This document shows, piece by piece, positions 21,231-32,400 of a stretch of DNA of 64,000 nt; the stretch's first letter is position 1, and each line of letters opens with the position of its first letter. The notes below the pieces were generated by a model. The model made no database searches. It was not told the DNA's origin and saw nothing but the letters and a program-made list of their open reading frames with translations. Made by a program: the position numbers and the translations under genes. The stretch comes from Candidatus Kapaibacterium sp. (GTDB taxonomy: Bacteria; Bacteroidota; Ignavibacteria; Kapaibacteriales; UBA2268): the NCBI GenBank assembly GCA_963664875.1, contig OY761611.1, forward strand, positions 3,763,815 through 3,827,814, in the 5' to 3' direction.

Positions 21231-23140
21231 TTTTAGATAGCAAGATTCCATCCGGGCCAATTCAGGATAAATGGGATAAGCACCGTTTTGAAATGAAACT
21301 GGTTAACCCGGCTAATAAGCGTAAATACAAAATCCTGGTTGTTGGTACAGGTTTGGCTGGTGCATCTGCTGCTGCCACTATGAGCGAACTTGGCTACAAA
21401 GTGGAAGCTTTTACTTTCCACGACAGCCCTCGTCGTGCTCACAGTATCGCAGCTCAGGGTGGTGTAAACGCAGCTAAAAATTATCCTAATGATGGCGACA
21501 GCATCTGGAGACTTTTCTATGATACAGTCAAAGGCGGCGACTTCCGCTCTCGTGAAGCTAACGTTTATAGATTAGCTCAGGTTGCAAATAATATTATTGA
21601 CCAATGTGTTGCTCAGGGTGTGCCTTTTGCTCGTGAGTATGGCGGACTTCTTGCTAACCGTTCGTTCGGTGGTGCTCAGGTTTCCCGTACTTTTTATGCT
21701 CGCGGCCAAACCGGACAGCAGCTACTTCTTGGTGCTTACTCTGCCTTATCTAAAGAAATTGGTAAAGGTGGCGTAATCATGCACAACCGCAAAGAAATGA
21801 TGGATGTTGTTATCATTGACGGTAAAGCTCGCGGTATTGTTACTCGTGACCTGATCACCGGCAAAATCGAATCTCACTGGGGCGATGCTGTGTGCCTTGC
21901 TACAGGTGGTTACGGTAACGTATTCTTCCTTTCTACTAATGCTCAGACGTGTAACGTAACTGCTGCATACAGAGCATACAAAAAAGGTGCAGGTTTTGCT
22001 AATCCTTGTTACACTCAGATTCACCCTACTTGTATTCCTGTTAGTGGCGATCACCAGTCTAAATTGACTTTGATGAGTGAATCATTGCGTAACGACGGAC
22101 GCATTTGGGTTCCTAAGAAAAAAGGCGACAAACGTCCGCCTAACCAGATACCTGAAAACGAAAGAGATTATTATTTGGAAAGAAAATACCCGAGCTTTGG
22201 TAACCTTTCTCCTCGTGATATTTCTTCTCGTTCTGCCAAAGAAGCATGCGACGATGGCCGTGGCGTAGCAGCTACAGGCTATGGTGTGTATCTTGACTTT
22301 GCTGATGCTATCAAACGCCTTGGCAAAGCTGCCATCGAAGAGCGCTATGGCAACCTATTTGAAATGTATGAAAGAATTACAGGCGATGACCCTTATACTA
22401 CGCCTATGATGATATATCCGGCTTCTCACTATACTATGGGTGGGCTCTGGGTTGACTACAACCTTATGAGTACTATTCCGGGCTTACACGTATTGGGCGA
22501 AGCAAACTTCTCTGACCACGGTGCGAACCGCTTGGGTGCATCTGCACTTATGCAAGGTCTTGCAGACGGTTACTTTGTTATTCCATATACAATCGGTAAC
22601 TATCTTGCTTCTAATACTTTTGATAAGATTGATACTTCTCACCCGGAATTCAAAAAGGCTGAAGAAGAAACTCATAACAAAATCAATACTCTTCTTGGTA
22701 TTAAAGGTAAGAAAACTCCGACTGCATTCCACAAAGAGCTTGGAAAAGTAATGTGGGAATATGTTGGTATGGCTCGTAACGAAGCCGGTTTGAAAAAAGC
22801 TATTGAGCTTATCCCTCAGATTAGAGAAGAATTCTGGAAAAATGTAAACGTTACTGGCGAATCTGCTGATTTGAATATCGCTCTCGAAAAAGCCTGCCGA
22901 GTAGCAGACTTCCTCGAATTTGCCGAAGTAATGGCTTGGGATGCTCTCGAAAGAGACGAATCATGTGGTGCGCACTTTAGAGAGGAACACCAGTATCCTG
23001 ATGGCGAAGCAAAAAGAAACGACGAAAAATTCACTCATGTTGGCGTTTGGGAATACCAAGGTGTTGGTAACAAGCCTGTGCGTCATCAGGAAGATTTGAA
23101 TTTCGAAAACGTTAAGCTTGCTGTCAGAAGTTATAAATAA
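21227..23140 (+). CDS. sdhA: Succinate dehydrogenase/fumarate reductase flavoprotein subunit
   Basis: [18 protein letters not shown] (covalent FAD His), [31 protein letters not shown]. Confidence 0.95.
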   Translation: MILDSKIPSGPIQDKWDKHRFEMKLVNPANKRKYKILVVGTGLAGASAAATMSELGYKVEAFTFHDSPRRAHSIAAQGGVNAAKNYPNDGDSIWRLFYDTVKGGDFRSREANVYRLAQVANNIIDQCVAQGVPFAREYGGLLANRSFGGAQVSRTFYARGQTGQQLLLGAYSALSKEIGKGGVIMHNRKEMMDVVIIDGKARGIVTRDLITGKIESHWGDAVCLATGGYGNVFFLSTNAQTCNVTAAYRAYKKGAGFANPCYTQIHPTCIPVSGDHQSKLTLMSESLRNDGRIWVPKKKGDKRPPNQIPENERDYYLERKYPSFGNLSPRDISSRSAKEACDDGRGVAATGYGVYLDFADAIKRLGKAAIEERYGNLFEMYERITGDDPYTTPMMIYPASHYTMGGLWVDYNLMSTIPGLHVLGEANFSDHGANRLGASALMQGLADGYFVIPYTIGNYLASNTFDKIDTSHPEFKKAEEETHNKINTLLGIKGKKTPTAFHKELGKVMWEYVGMARNEAGLKKAIELIPQIREEFWKNVNVTGESADLNIALEKACRVADFLEFAEVMAWDALERDESCGAHFREEHQYPDGEAKRNDEKFTHVGVWEYQGVGNKPVRHQEDLNFENVKLAVRSYK

Positions 23141-23188
23141 TGCCCTTGGTGGCGAGCAAATTTATGTCTTTAGACAAAAGGAGCAAAA

Positions 23189-23941
23189 ATGAAAATAACA
23201 TTGCATATATGGAGACAAAAAAACGCGTCAGCAAAGGGCTTTATAGAAACTCACAAATTAGATGAAGTTTCTGAAGATATGTCTTTTCTTGAAATGCTCG
23301 ATGTGCTCAACGAAAAACTTATTATGGAAAATAAGGAACCGATAGCATTCGATCATGACTGTCGCGAAGGTATCTGCGGTGCATGTTCTTTGACTATAAA
23401 CGGTATGCCTCACGGACCTGAAGCAGCAACAACTACTTGCCAGCTTCATATGCGTAAGTTCAAAGATGGTGATGAGATTTATGTCGAACCATTTAGAGCT
23501 AAGGCATTCCCTGTTATCAAAGACTTGGTTGTGGATAGAACTGCATTTGACAGAATACAGCAACGTGGCGGTTTCGTAGATGTTCGCACCGGACAGGCAC
23601 AAGATGCAAACGCTATTCCAATTCCAAAATTCAATGCGGATTTGGCAATGGATGCTGCAGCCTGCATAGGTTGTGGTGCGTGCGTAGCAGCCTGCCCTAA
23701 TGGTGCAGCTATGCTTTTTGTTGCTGCTAAAGTAAATCAATTCGCTCTTCTTCCGCAGGGACAACCTGAAAGGAAAAAACGCGTTTTGGCTATGGTTGAT
23801 CAGATGGACAAAGAAGGCTTTGGAGCTTGCACTAACCACTATGAGTGCGAAGCAGCCTGCCCTAAAGCAATCTCTGCAAAATTCATCTCTAAGATGAACA
23901 GAGAGTACCTCGGAGCTTCTTTATTCGACCATAAACACTAA
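23189..23941 (+). CDS. sdhB: Succinate dehydrogenase/fumarate reductase iron-sulfur subunit
   Basis: [33 protein letters not shown]. Confidence 0.95.
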   Translation: MKITLHIWRQKNASAKGFIETHKLDEVSEDMSFLEMLDVLNEKLIMENKEPIAFDHDCREGICGACSLTINGMPHGPEAATTTCQLHMRKFKDGDEIYVEPFRAKAFPVIKDLVVDRTAFDRIQQRGGFVDVRTGQAQDANAIPIPKFNADLAMDAAACIGCGACVAACPNGAAMLFVAAKVNQFALLPQGQPERKKRVLAMVDQMDKEGFGACTNHYECEAACPKAISAKFISKMNREYLGASLFDHKH

Positions 23942-23965
23942 GATAAGCTAAATATTAGATATGCT

Positions 23966-23996
23966 AAAGGCTGCTCAGAAACGGGCAGTCTTTTTT
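23966..23996 (+). terminator. Terminator after sdhCAB
   Basis: AAAGGCTGCTC-AGAAAC-GGGCAGTCTTT plus T run. Confidence 0.75.
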
Positions 23997-24243
23997 ATTT
24001 GGGTAAGTTGAAACTTATTGCTGCAAAAGCATTTGCCTCGGTTAGTCAAGTTTTAGAAAATTATTCTATATCTGATTTGTAAAATTTATTAGTTTATAAT
24101 TTAGTATAAGACTCAATAAAATTGTGTTATCAGTTTATTAGGCTTTGATATTATTAGCACTTTGATGCAAAGAGTTGTATATGAGGTTTTGAATTATAGA
24201 AAACGTCTTGTACTTGTTTTTTTTTGCAGCGGATGGAGGATTC

Positions 24244-24948
24244 ATGTCTCAAAATAAAAAGCACTTTTTTATTATAGCTCTATTTGTAATTTATTTTATT
24301 TCTACATCGTCTGGCTATGATGAAAACAATGACTACATTTATAAGGTCAAAAACAAAACACATACAGGCAATTTTGTAGAATTAGACAGCATACTTCTAT
24401 ATTATAAATGCGATCAATTAAGCCCGGATATTGAAAGCTATAACAAATACATATTGAACTCTATTGTTGATCACAAAGCCAAATATATTGAAATCAGTAA
24501 AGATACTCTTTGTTATGGATTGCTCAGAGATAGCCTAAACGCTTCAACAGATTCATTAAAAATAAGTTTTATAAACGTATCAAAATATTTTCATAATATT
24601 TACAAGAAAAAACCTATTTATAATGATTTTAATAGATTTTTATATGTTAGAAACGACACAATTATGCGATATTATTTTAGACACGATTCAAACATACTTT
24701 ACTTTATGTTAGATAATAAAGATAATGATGAGAAACTGGATGTTTATTTTGACTACGATTCTAAAAGTCAAGAGTTATCAAATAAGATACAAATAAACAA
24801 TGCAACTAAAAAAAATGTCCAAGTTTTTTGGTATTTTTTTATTCGTGAGAAGGATTATAATGAGAAAATAGATACACTTGTTCTAGATTTTAAGAGAAAT
24901 GAACTCATTGATAACGGAGATACTTTGAGCATTTATAAATCAAGGTAG
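24244..24948 (+). CDS. Very AT-rich exported hypothetical protein (candidate orphan immunity protein)
   Basis: GGAGGA before ATG 24244; signal-like N-terminus; followed immediately by an Rhs-core fragment. Confidence 0.5.
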   Translation: MSQNKKHFFIIALFVIYFISTSSGYDENNDYIYKVKNKTHTGNFVELDSILLYYKCDQLSPDIESYNKYILNSIVDHKAKYIEISKDTLCYGLLRDSLNASTDSLKISFINVSKYFHNIYKKKPIYNDFNRFLYVRNDTIMRYYFRHDSNILYFMLDNKDNDEKLDVYFDYDSKSQELSNKIQINNATKKNVQVFWYFFIREKDYNEKIDTLVLDFKRNELIDNGDTLSIYKSR

Positions 24949-24966
24949 TTAATTATTCTTTTCTAA

Positions 24967-25072
24967 GTCACAAACAATACGAGCTTACTGACCACCTTGG
25001 TACTTTACCTCGACTTTGCTCGGCATAAACTAGGCTCAGTAACCGGGACTAACTTTTTCTGATTATAGACAA
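24967..25072 (+). pseudogene. Rhs core fragment (HKQYELTDHLG...LTFSDYR) interrupted by a nested REP-like insert
   Basis: Near-identical to about 38168-38251; YELTDHLG is the typical Rhs core motif. Confidence 0.75.
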
Positions 25073-25263
25073 ATGTTACCGTGATATAGCTATCACGATT
25101 GTACTTTAGTAAGTTGTAGTGAGTATAAGTTAGAGTATGTTGGGGTGTAACATTTTTGCTGACAAAAAATGTCAAGTTTTCAGCGGGGAAAGAAAATCTA
25201 TAAAAATAGGTGACGATTCTATTGGTAAATCGAATATAAAACAAGAATCTACTGAGGTGCAAG

Positions 25264-25836
25264 ATGAAGAAAAATAAAAACAAATATTTTATATTGCTTT
25301 GGGTTGTCGTGCTTATTTTGAGTGTTATAGGATTTATTAAATATGATAATAATATGTTTGATTATGGAGATGGTTTTATAACTCTAAATTCAAAGATGCC
25401 GTATGGAATAACTCTTAAGTTAATTGATGGGACAACCCCAAGTTTATTTTTGATTGATGAAGAAGGTTATGAGTTATTTGGGAAAGACTTTAGTTATTAT
25501 TCTACTCCATTCACATGTCTAGAGTTATTGGCCTATGCATATAATGAAAGCACAATTGTAATTAAATACATTGATAACATAAATCGAGATAGATATGTGG
25601 AATCTTTTGAATCGCAATATTTGAATAATAATGGAAATAGAGTGATCAGTTTCAAGGGAATAACTGAAAGTGCTTTTAACGATATTGTAAAAGATTGTAG
25701 GTTGATAGAATTAGATTATGCAAAATATGATTTATATAAGCGTTATAGATTATTATCATTTATAGGGTTTATAATGTCTATATTTTGTTGTTTACGATTA
25801 TTGTTCGCAAAAAAAAATGGTTATAATAATTATTAA
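25264..25836 (+). CDS. AT-rich membrane protein with N- and C-terminal TM helices (candidate orphan immunity protein)
   Basis: TM at both ends; lies between two Rhs-core fragments. Confidence 0.5.
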   Translation: MKKNKNKYFILLWVVVLILSVIGFIKYDNNMFDYGDGFITLNSKMPYGITLKLIDGTTPSLFLIDEEGYELFGKDFSYYSTPFTCLELLAYAYNESTIVIKYIDNINRDRYVESFESQYLNNNGNRVISFKGITESAFNDIVKDCRLIELDYAKYDLYKRYRLLSFIGFIMSIFCCLRLLFAKKNGYNNY

Positions 25837-25887
25837 ATATAGAAACCATCTGTTTTGCTAATATTGATAAGATGTGAGTTTGATAGA

Positions 25888-25948
25888 TTCGCAAATGAAG
25901 AAGACGCAAAGTCAGGATACAATGGACTAAGCTCGATATATTCGATAT
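25888..25948 (+). repeat. 61-bp direct repeat, Rhs-core derived (FANEEDAKSGYNG), copy 1
   Basis: 58/61 identical to 26838-26898; its start matches 36331-36354. Confidence 0.85.
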
Positions 25949-26093
25949 GAAAGCGAGTTGGATGAATTAGGCATAATTGTTCCATTTAAAAATGAATATG
26001 TAGAAAGAGAGAAGTATGAAACGGATACTTTTAAAGGTTGAAGAATTCAGAGATTTAAAACCTCAGAAGGAGCTGCAGGTGTTTTTACAAAAG

Positions 26094-26615
26094 ATGACTA
26101 ATACCTTGAGATTTTCAATTTTTTTGATTTTGGGGAATTTGTTTTTTCTAAATGGTTGTAATAACCGGATAGTCATAAATAGTACTTCAATAGCTGTGAT
26201 TGAAAATGAACTAAAAAATAATGATATTATAAAAACAGATGGAATAACTAATCTGAAATTTTCACCTGTATGTGAAATTATAAGGACAGGACCTCTCTTT
26301 GTATTTTTAATAGATAGCTGCTTTTATAAAGAATTAGCATCGCAGATAGATACGGAGATTAGATTGTTTCAAAAAAAATTTCGACTGAATGATACTGTTT
26401 ATACTGTGGTACATGATAGCATAGATTGGGAGATTCCTGATGGAGAAATGGCAGTTCATGTTTACCCGCTTACTGAAACTATTTATATAGGTTATATAAG
26501 AAAACTTAATGAATATCTATCTTCTAGAGAATATATGTTTTACATAATTGTACATGGGGATTCTGCAATTTGTTCAAAGGTATATAGAATGTCAGGCACA
26601 TATAATATTCAATAA
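26094..26615 (+). CDS. AT-rich predicted lipoprotein (candidate orphan immunity protein)
   Basis: From ATG 26094: MTNTLRFSIFLILGNLFFLNG-C lipobox (track start is 26016); flanked by the 61-bp repeats. Confidence 0.5.
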   Translation: MTNTLRFSIFLILGNLFFLNGCNNRIVINSTSIAVIENELKNNDIIKTDGITNLKFSPVCEIIRTGPLFVFLIDSCFYKELASQIDTEIRLFQKKFRLNDTVYTVVHDSIDWEIPDGEMAVHVYPLTETIYIGYIRKLNEYLSSREYMFYIIVHGDSAICSKVYRMSGTYNIQ

Positions 26616-26811
26616 TCAGAATCAATATAAGACCTGATTAGATATAAAGCAATCTGATATTTTGTAATAATAAAGTGAAGTATAGACATGGTAATAGGAA
26701 AGGAATATAGCTATGTTATGCAATATTGTAGTATGTTGGTATGACTAAATAATTTCAAAGATCTGTAGAATGTATTTCATAATATGCTGCAGCAGTATGC
26801 TCAGGGAATGT

Positions 26812-26898
26812 CTTTTGGTATGCTAATACCGTATCGGTTCGCAAATGAAGAAGATGCTAAGTCAGGTTACAATGGACTAAGCTCGATATATTCGATAT
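26812..26898 (+). repeat. Rhs-core derived repeat, copy 2 (FGMLIPYRFANEEDAKSGYNG)
   Basis: Matches 25888-25948 and 36305-36351. Confidence 0.85.
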
Positions 26899-26899
26899 A

Positions 26900-26965
26900 A
26901 AATTGTAGAATAAGAGAGTTTAGCAGAGCAATCATATCGATTAGTCGGCTTTGCGTTGAAGTGCT
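26900..26965 (+). repeat. 66-bp imperfect direct repeat, copy 1
   Basis: AAATTGTAGAATA.G.GAGTTTAGCAGAGC...AGTCGG...TGAAG.GCT aligns without gaps to 27689-27754. Confidence 0.7.
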
Positions 26966-27213
26966 CTGAATGATTATCTACAAAATAGTCTGAAACGAAA
27001 CTACTAAAACAATCATTCGTATTATTCAGTACAGAGACTTTATGGAGAGAGTATGTATTATAAGAAAATGCTAAATATTCTTGCTTTGCTATGTCCATTG
27101 GCTGTAATTTACCATGGTGCTTTGCATCAAAATAAACAAAACAAAGAAATTAAAAATCTTTGGAAGAATCTCTATATTGGTTTTTCTCTTAATGTAGCTG
27201 TGATAATTTCAAT

Positions 27214-27702
27214 TTGGATATAGTAAATCAAATAATTCCTCTCTTTCTCTGTCCCGGGATGTATTTCGGGATAAGGTATCATTTGATAAAAAAAGAGAAA
27301 TACACTCCATTTAGAAAATATCTGCTGATAATAATGGCAGTATGCTATTTGATTACAGAAGTTGGCAGATCATTCTACCGTCCATATATATACGCTCATA
27401 ATATTTTTGACTATTATATCGCAGATACATTAGGTTCTTCTTTTGGAACTCTTACAGCTATGTTTATGGTAATACTAATGGTTGGAAAATCGAATATCAA
27501 AGATTTGTATGGGCTGACTGCTATTATATTCGGTCTTGTCGTCTATGAGTTTACTAGTATTGGCAAATCTAACTTTGACCCACATGACGTCATTGCAACT
27601 TTCATTTTTGGAGCAATTGGTATTCTAACTTACATTTTACTATTGAGACGTTTTGAATCAGTTGAGGTCAATACTTCACAAAAAGATGAAATTGTAGAAT
27701 AG
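27214..27702 (+). CDS. Hypothetical multi-pass membrane protein
   Basis: About 5 TM segments; TEVGRSFYRPYIY..IFDYYIADTLG and FDPHDVIAT motifs (loosely VanZ-like). Confidence 0.6.
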   Translation: MDIVNQIIPLFLCPGMYFGIRYHLIKKEKYTPFRKYLLIIMAVCYLITEVGRSFYRPYIYAHNIFDYYIADTLGSSFGTLTAMFMVILMVGKSNIKDLYGLTAIIFGLVVYEFTSIGKSNFDPHDVIATFIFGAIGILTYILLLRRFESVEVNTSQKDEIVE

Positions 27703-27754
27703 GGGAGTTTAGCAGAGCTGCTATATCAATAAGTCGGTCTTATGCTGAAGAGCT
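27689..27754 (+). repeat. 66-bp imperfect direct repeat, copy 2
   Basis: Aligns to 26900-26965 and overlaps the stop codon of 27214-27702. Confidence 0.7.
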
Positions 27755-27807
27755 TTCCATTCTTTTGCGTTGGTAATGAATTAGCCGCAGTGTGTCGCAA
27801 AATATAT

Positions 27808-27843
27808 AAAAAAACCGGTCTGCTGAACACAAACCGGTCTTTT
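27808..27843 (-). terminator. Terminator of gdh
   Basis: Minus strand GACCGGTTTG-TGTTCAG-CAGACCGGTT followed by a T run. Confidence 0.75.
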
Positions 27844-27874
27844 CTATTTTAGTTTAGTATTATCTGATTAGAGA

Positions 27875-29161
27875 TTATACCCAACCGCGCATTTTGCATG
27901 CTTCAGCTACTCTTGAAACAGAGATCATGTAAGCAGCATCTCTCATGTAAACGTTTCTAGACTGAGCTAAGTCAGAAACTGCATGGTATGCGTCAGTCAT
28001 TTTTTTGTCTAATTTTTCAAGAACTTCTTCTTTAGTCCAGAAGTAGTTCATGTTACATTGTACTTGTTCGAAGTAAGAGCAAGTAACACCACCGGCATTA
28101 GCCAAGAAGTCAGGAATCATCCAGATACCTTTAGCTTTGATAACTTCATCAGCTTCAGGAGTAGTAGGACCGTTAGCGCCTTCAAGGATAAATTTAACAG
28201 TACCTTTGATTTTGTTAACAGTTTCAGCATTTACTTGGTTTTCTAATGCAGCAGGAACTAATACATCTACTTCTTGTTCGATCCAAGCGCCACCTTCAGT
28301 AACAGTGTAGCCAAGGTCTTTAGCTTTGTCAGTGTCGATTTCGCCGAATTTGTTAGTGATTTCTAACAATTTGTCAACATCGATACCATTAGTGTTGATG
28401 AAAGAGTAAGCTTTTTGGTCGTGGTTGTTCCAGCTTGAAACGCAGATAGCTTTGCCGCCCAATTCTTGGTACAATCTGATAGCGTATTGAGATACGTTAC
28501 CGAAACCTTGGAAAGAAGCAGTAGTGTTTTTGATATCAACACCTTTTTCGATCAAAGCTTCTCTTAAAGTATAAACAGCACCGTAACCTGTAGCTTCTGT
28601 ACGACCCAAAGAGCCACCCATGCCAAGAGGTTTACCAGTGATGAAACCAGGTTGTTTCATGCCAGTGATTTTTTCGAATTCATCAAGCATCCAAAGCATG
28701 TGCTGACCGTTAGTCATCACGTCTGGTGCAGGAACGTCCTGAACAGGACCAACGTTTTTAGCAACCTGACGAACCCAACCGCGGCAGATAGCTTCTTGTT
28801 CTCTTAAAGATAAGTGGTGAGGATCGCAAATAACGCCACCTTTACCACCGCCAAGTGGAATGTCAACAACTGCAGTTTTCCAAGTCATCCACATTGACAA
28901 AGCACGAACTGTGTCAACAGTTTCTTGCGGGTGGAAACGGATACCGCCTTTTGCAGGACCGCGTGCATCGCTGTGCTGGCTACGGAAGCCACGGAATACT
29001 TTGTAGCTACCATCGTCCATGCGAACTGGAATGTTGAAATGAAATTCTCTGTCAGGGTTACGAAGTAGATCGCGAGTTGCTTGATCTAAACCTAACTGTT
29101 CTGCTACAGCGTCAAATTGTTGCTGTGCCATTTGGAATGGATTGAAAGAACCTCCAGCCAT
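27875..29161 (-). CDS. gdhA: Glu/Leu/Phe/Val dehydrogenase family, glutamate dehydrogenase
   Basis: RGPAKGGIRFHP, MTWK, PLGGGKGG, DVPAPD, GGSLGRTEATGYG, QGFGNV, EGANGPTT, PDFLANAGGVTCSYFE; GAGG RBS; strongly biased codons. Confidence 0.9.
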   Translation of the reverse strand: MAGGSFNPFQMAQQQFDAVAEQLGLDQATRDLLRNPDREFHFNIPVRMDDGSYKVFRGFRSQHSDARGPAKGGIRFHPQETVDTVRALSMWMTWKTAVVDIPLGGGKGGVICDPHHLSLREQEAICRGWVRQVAKNVGPVQDVPAPDVMTNGQHMLWMLDEFEKITGMKQPGFITGKPLGMGGSLGRTEATGYGAVYTLREALIEKGVDIKNTTASFQGFGNVSQYAIRLYQELGGKAICVSSWNNHDQKAYSFINTNGIDVDKLLEITNKFGEIDTDKAKDLGYTVTEGGAWIEQEVDVLVPAALENQVNAETVNKIKGTVKFILEGANGPTTPEADEVIKAKGIWMIPDFLANAGGVTCSYFEQVQCNMNYFWTKEEVLEKLDKKMTDAYHAVSDLAQSRNVYMRDAAYMISVSRVAEACKMRGWV

Positions 29162-29436
29162 ATCTTCCTCAGTTAATATTAAGGATACAAAATTTTAGTT
29201 GTTATATTGTGTAAACAGAAGTTTGAGTAAATATTTTCTTCTGTTGAACGACTACAATTTACAAAAAGAAAAAGAAATACAAAGAATATTTTGCTCTATT
29301 TTTGAGAATTGTAATCATTTGTTTTTTTTGTATTTTCTATGATTACAGGCAATCTACTATATATGATTTGTATTCATATTTCTTTTGTGTTTTTATTATA
29401 TACCGATCTGTTTTTCATTTAGAATAAGGAATTGGA

Positions 29437-32400
29437 ATGGATTTATTTGTCAGAGCTTTGGAAGAGCGAGCGAAGGAATTAAACTGCCTTTATAAAATTG
29501 AAGAAATTCTTTCTTCTAATTATAATCAGGACGACGAGAAAGTATTTTTTGAGCTAATTAAAGCTATTCCCTTAGGTTGCAAATACCCTTACTATGCTGA
29601 TATAAAAATTACTATCAACAGCACAGATTATGCTAATCCCAATTTTCAAAAATCTCCCTGGGTGCTAAGCTCAGATATAATAATCCAGGACGAGATTGTA
29701 GGGAAAATTGAATTATATTATTTAGTTGAGCTCCCCGAAGCTGATGAGGGACCTTTCCTGAAAGAGGAAAGAAAACTTATAGATACCATTGCTGACAGGC
29801 TCGGGCATTATATCCTTTATAAACGCCTGAAAGTGGTATTTAGCGAATTGCAGGCTCAGCAGCAGGGGATCGCAAAGCCAAAACCGGAATGGATGGTGAT
29901 TCTGGATATGCTTAAAAAAACAGATCAAAATCTGTTTTCTATCATAGCAAGAAAAATGATAAATCATCTATATTTCAAAGGTATTCCCGAAACACATGAT
30001 TTATTCAAGAAGCTTGGTACATTAGACGAAGACGAGCAAAATTCTACTGAGGTGAATCGTCCTTCCAAAAAGCAGATTTTGGAAAACTCTTATATTCTGG
30101 GTAAAAAGATTTTCAAAATTGCTGAAAAAAATATGCATGAAAACGAGATTTTGACGCTTATCCAAAAGTGGATGAACGAAGAAAAAGCTCATTTTCTTGT
30201 TAAATCTTTGGCGTCTCTTTCTACTACACACAATGACATTGCTGATGCTATAAGAAGATATAATCACATTATTCCGAGATCCGAAGAAAAAGAATCATCA
30301 ATAACAAAAGGAATAAGAGTTTCTCTTATCCGAAGGTTTTTGTCCGATCAGCTGGAATTTATAAATATTGCCAAAAACTATGGCTCTATCGAAGATTTCA
30401 ACAATCTTCTCAATAATATGGTCTATCCAAATGATTCTTATGGAAAAATAGGAGGCAAAGCCGCAGGTCTGTTTCTTGCTACAAGAATATTGGAAGCATC
30501 GGATGATTTCAAAAATTTCTTTTCGAAATTAAAGACACCTAAAACTTGGTATTTGACTTCAGATGCTTTTATGAGCTTTATTTATTATAATAACTTTGAA
30601 GATGTAATCGAACAAAAATATAGAGACAGCGATCAGATTCGCCATGAATATCCGCATATTATTCAAGCTTTCAAAAATTCGCAGTTTCCGTCTGTAATTA
30701 TCAATGGGCTTTCGCGTGCTCTTGATGATTTTGGAGACAATCCGATAATCGTACGTTCTTCCAGCTTGTTGGAAGATAGGATGGGAACAGCATTTGCCGG
30801 GAAATATAAATCACTTTTCCTTGCAAATCAGGGTACTAAAAAGGAAAAAATGGACGCTCTGATGGATGCAATAGCTGAGGTTTACGCCTCGATATTTAGT
30901 CCTGATCCGATTGGTTACAGAGCTGAAAGAGGTTTGCTTGATTTCAATGAAGAAATGGGGATCATGATTCAGGAAGTAGTCGGACAGAAATTTGGGAAGT
31001 ATTTTTTCCCTGCTTTTGCCGGTGTTGCTTTTAGCAATAACGAATTCCGATGGTCACCCCGCATTAAAAGAGAAGACGGACTAATCCGTATCGTCCCGGG
31101 ATTGGGCACAAGGGCAGTAGATAGAATACCTGATGACCACCCTGTCCTAATCGCTCCCGGTCAGTCTAATTTAAGATTGCACCAGACATATCAGGATGTA
31201 CTTGGCTATGCGCCGAAGTCTATGGATGTAATCAATCTTGTTACTAACACTTTCGAAACTGTGCAGGTAGATCATATAATAAAACAGGTGGGCAATAAAT
31301 ATCCTATGCTCAATCAGGTGTTTTCTATTCATGAACCGCAGCATATCAAAACCCCGATAGGTTTGGGGATTAATGCACAGAAAGATGATGTAGTAGTTAC
31401 ATTTGAAAATTTGATTTCGAATACTGATTATATTAAAACGCTATACTCTATACTGAAAATTCTTCATAAGCAGATGGAAACTCCTGTAGATATTGAGTTT
31501 GCCTGTGACGGTAATAATTTATATTTACTTCAGGCTCGGCCTCAGTCTTCTTCTTATGAAGCAAAATCAGCAAGGATACCGAATAATGTGCCTGATAGCC
31601 GAAAAGTGTTTACTGCTAATAAATTTGTCTCAAACGGTAAAGTCCCTGACATTGCTTATATAGTCTATGTTGACCCTGAGGCTTACAGCAAATATTCTGA
31701 ACTTAATCATCTGAAAGATGTTGGAAAGGCTGTTGGAAAATTAAATAAGCTACTACCCAAAAAGACTTTTATACTTATGGGACCCGGCAGATGGGGCACT
31801 CGTGATGACATCAGACTTGGAGTATCTGTAAGTTACTCCGATATTAATAACACGGCTGTACTGATTGAAATGGCTCGCAAAAAAGGAAATTATGTGCCTG
31901 ATTTGTCTTTTGGTACTCACTTTTTCCAGGATTTGGTAGAGGCTTCTATCAGATATTTGCCTTTGTATCCTGATGAAAAAGATGTAGTCTTCAATGAAGA
32001 GTTCTTACTTAAAGCAGAAAATACATTGACTAGATTTTTGCCGGAGTTCGAGCATATAGCCGATTCGCTGAGAGTAATCAATGTAAGAGAAGCGACTAAC
32101 GGCATGATACTAAGGCTCTTTATGAATGCAGATGAAGACAGAGCTTTGGCTATGCTTGCAGATCCAAAATCTCCTATTGCGTATGATGGTGACGACTTTG
32201 AAGCGATTGGCTCCGATGAAGTCAAAGAGCCACTCCAATGGAGGCTTCGTATGATTGAAGCTCTCGCAGAAAGCTTAGAACCTGAAAGGTTTGGAGTCAA
32301 AGGTGTTTATCTGTTCGGTACTGTTTTTAACGAAACTGCAGGGCCAAATTCCGACATAGACCTCCTCGTTCGGTTCGACGGTACAAACAGGCAGAGAGAT

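Noticed and set aside
23258-23839. Long antisense ORFs here and inside other genes (e.g. 34045-34557, 50761-51150)
   Set aside because: Shadow frames of well-supported genes with biased codon usage.
24967-27754. Repeat-gene-repeat pattern read as a CRISPR array or integron cassette array
   Set aside because: Repeats are 60-100 nt, translate as Rhs core and are separated by whole genes. No convincing RYYYAAC/GTTRRRY attC pairs, integrase or cas genes are present.
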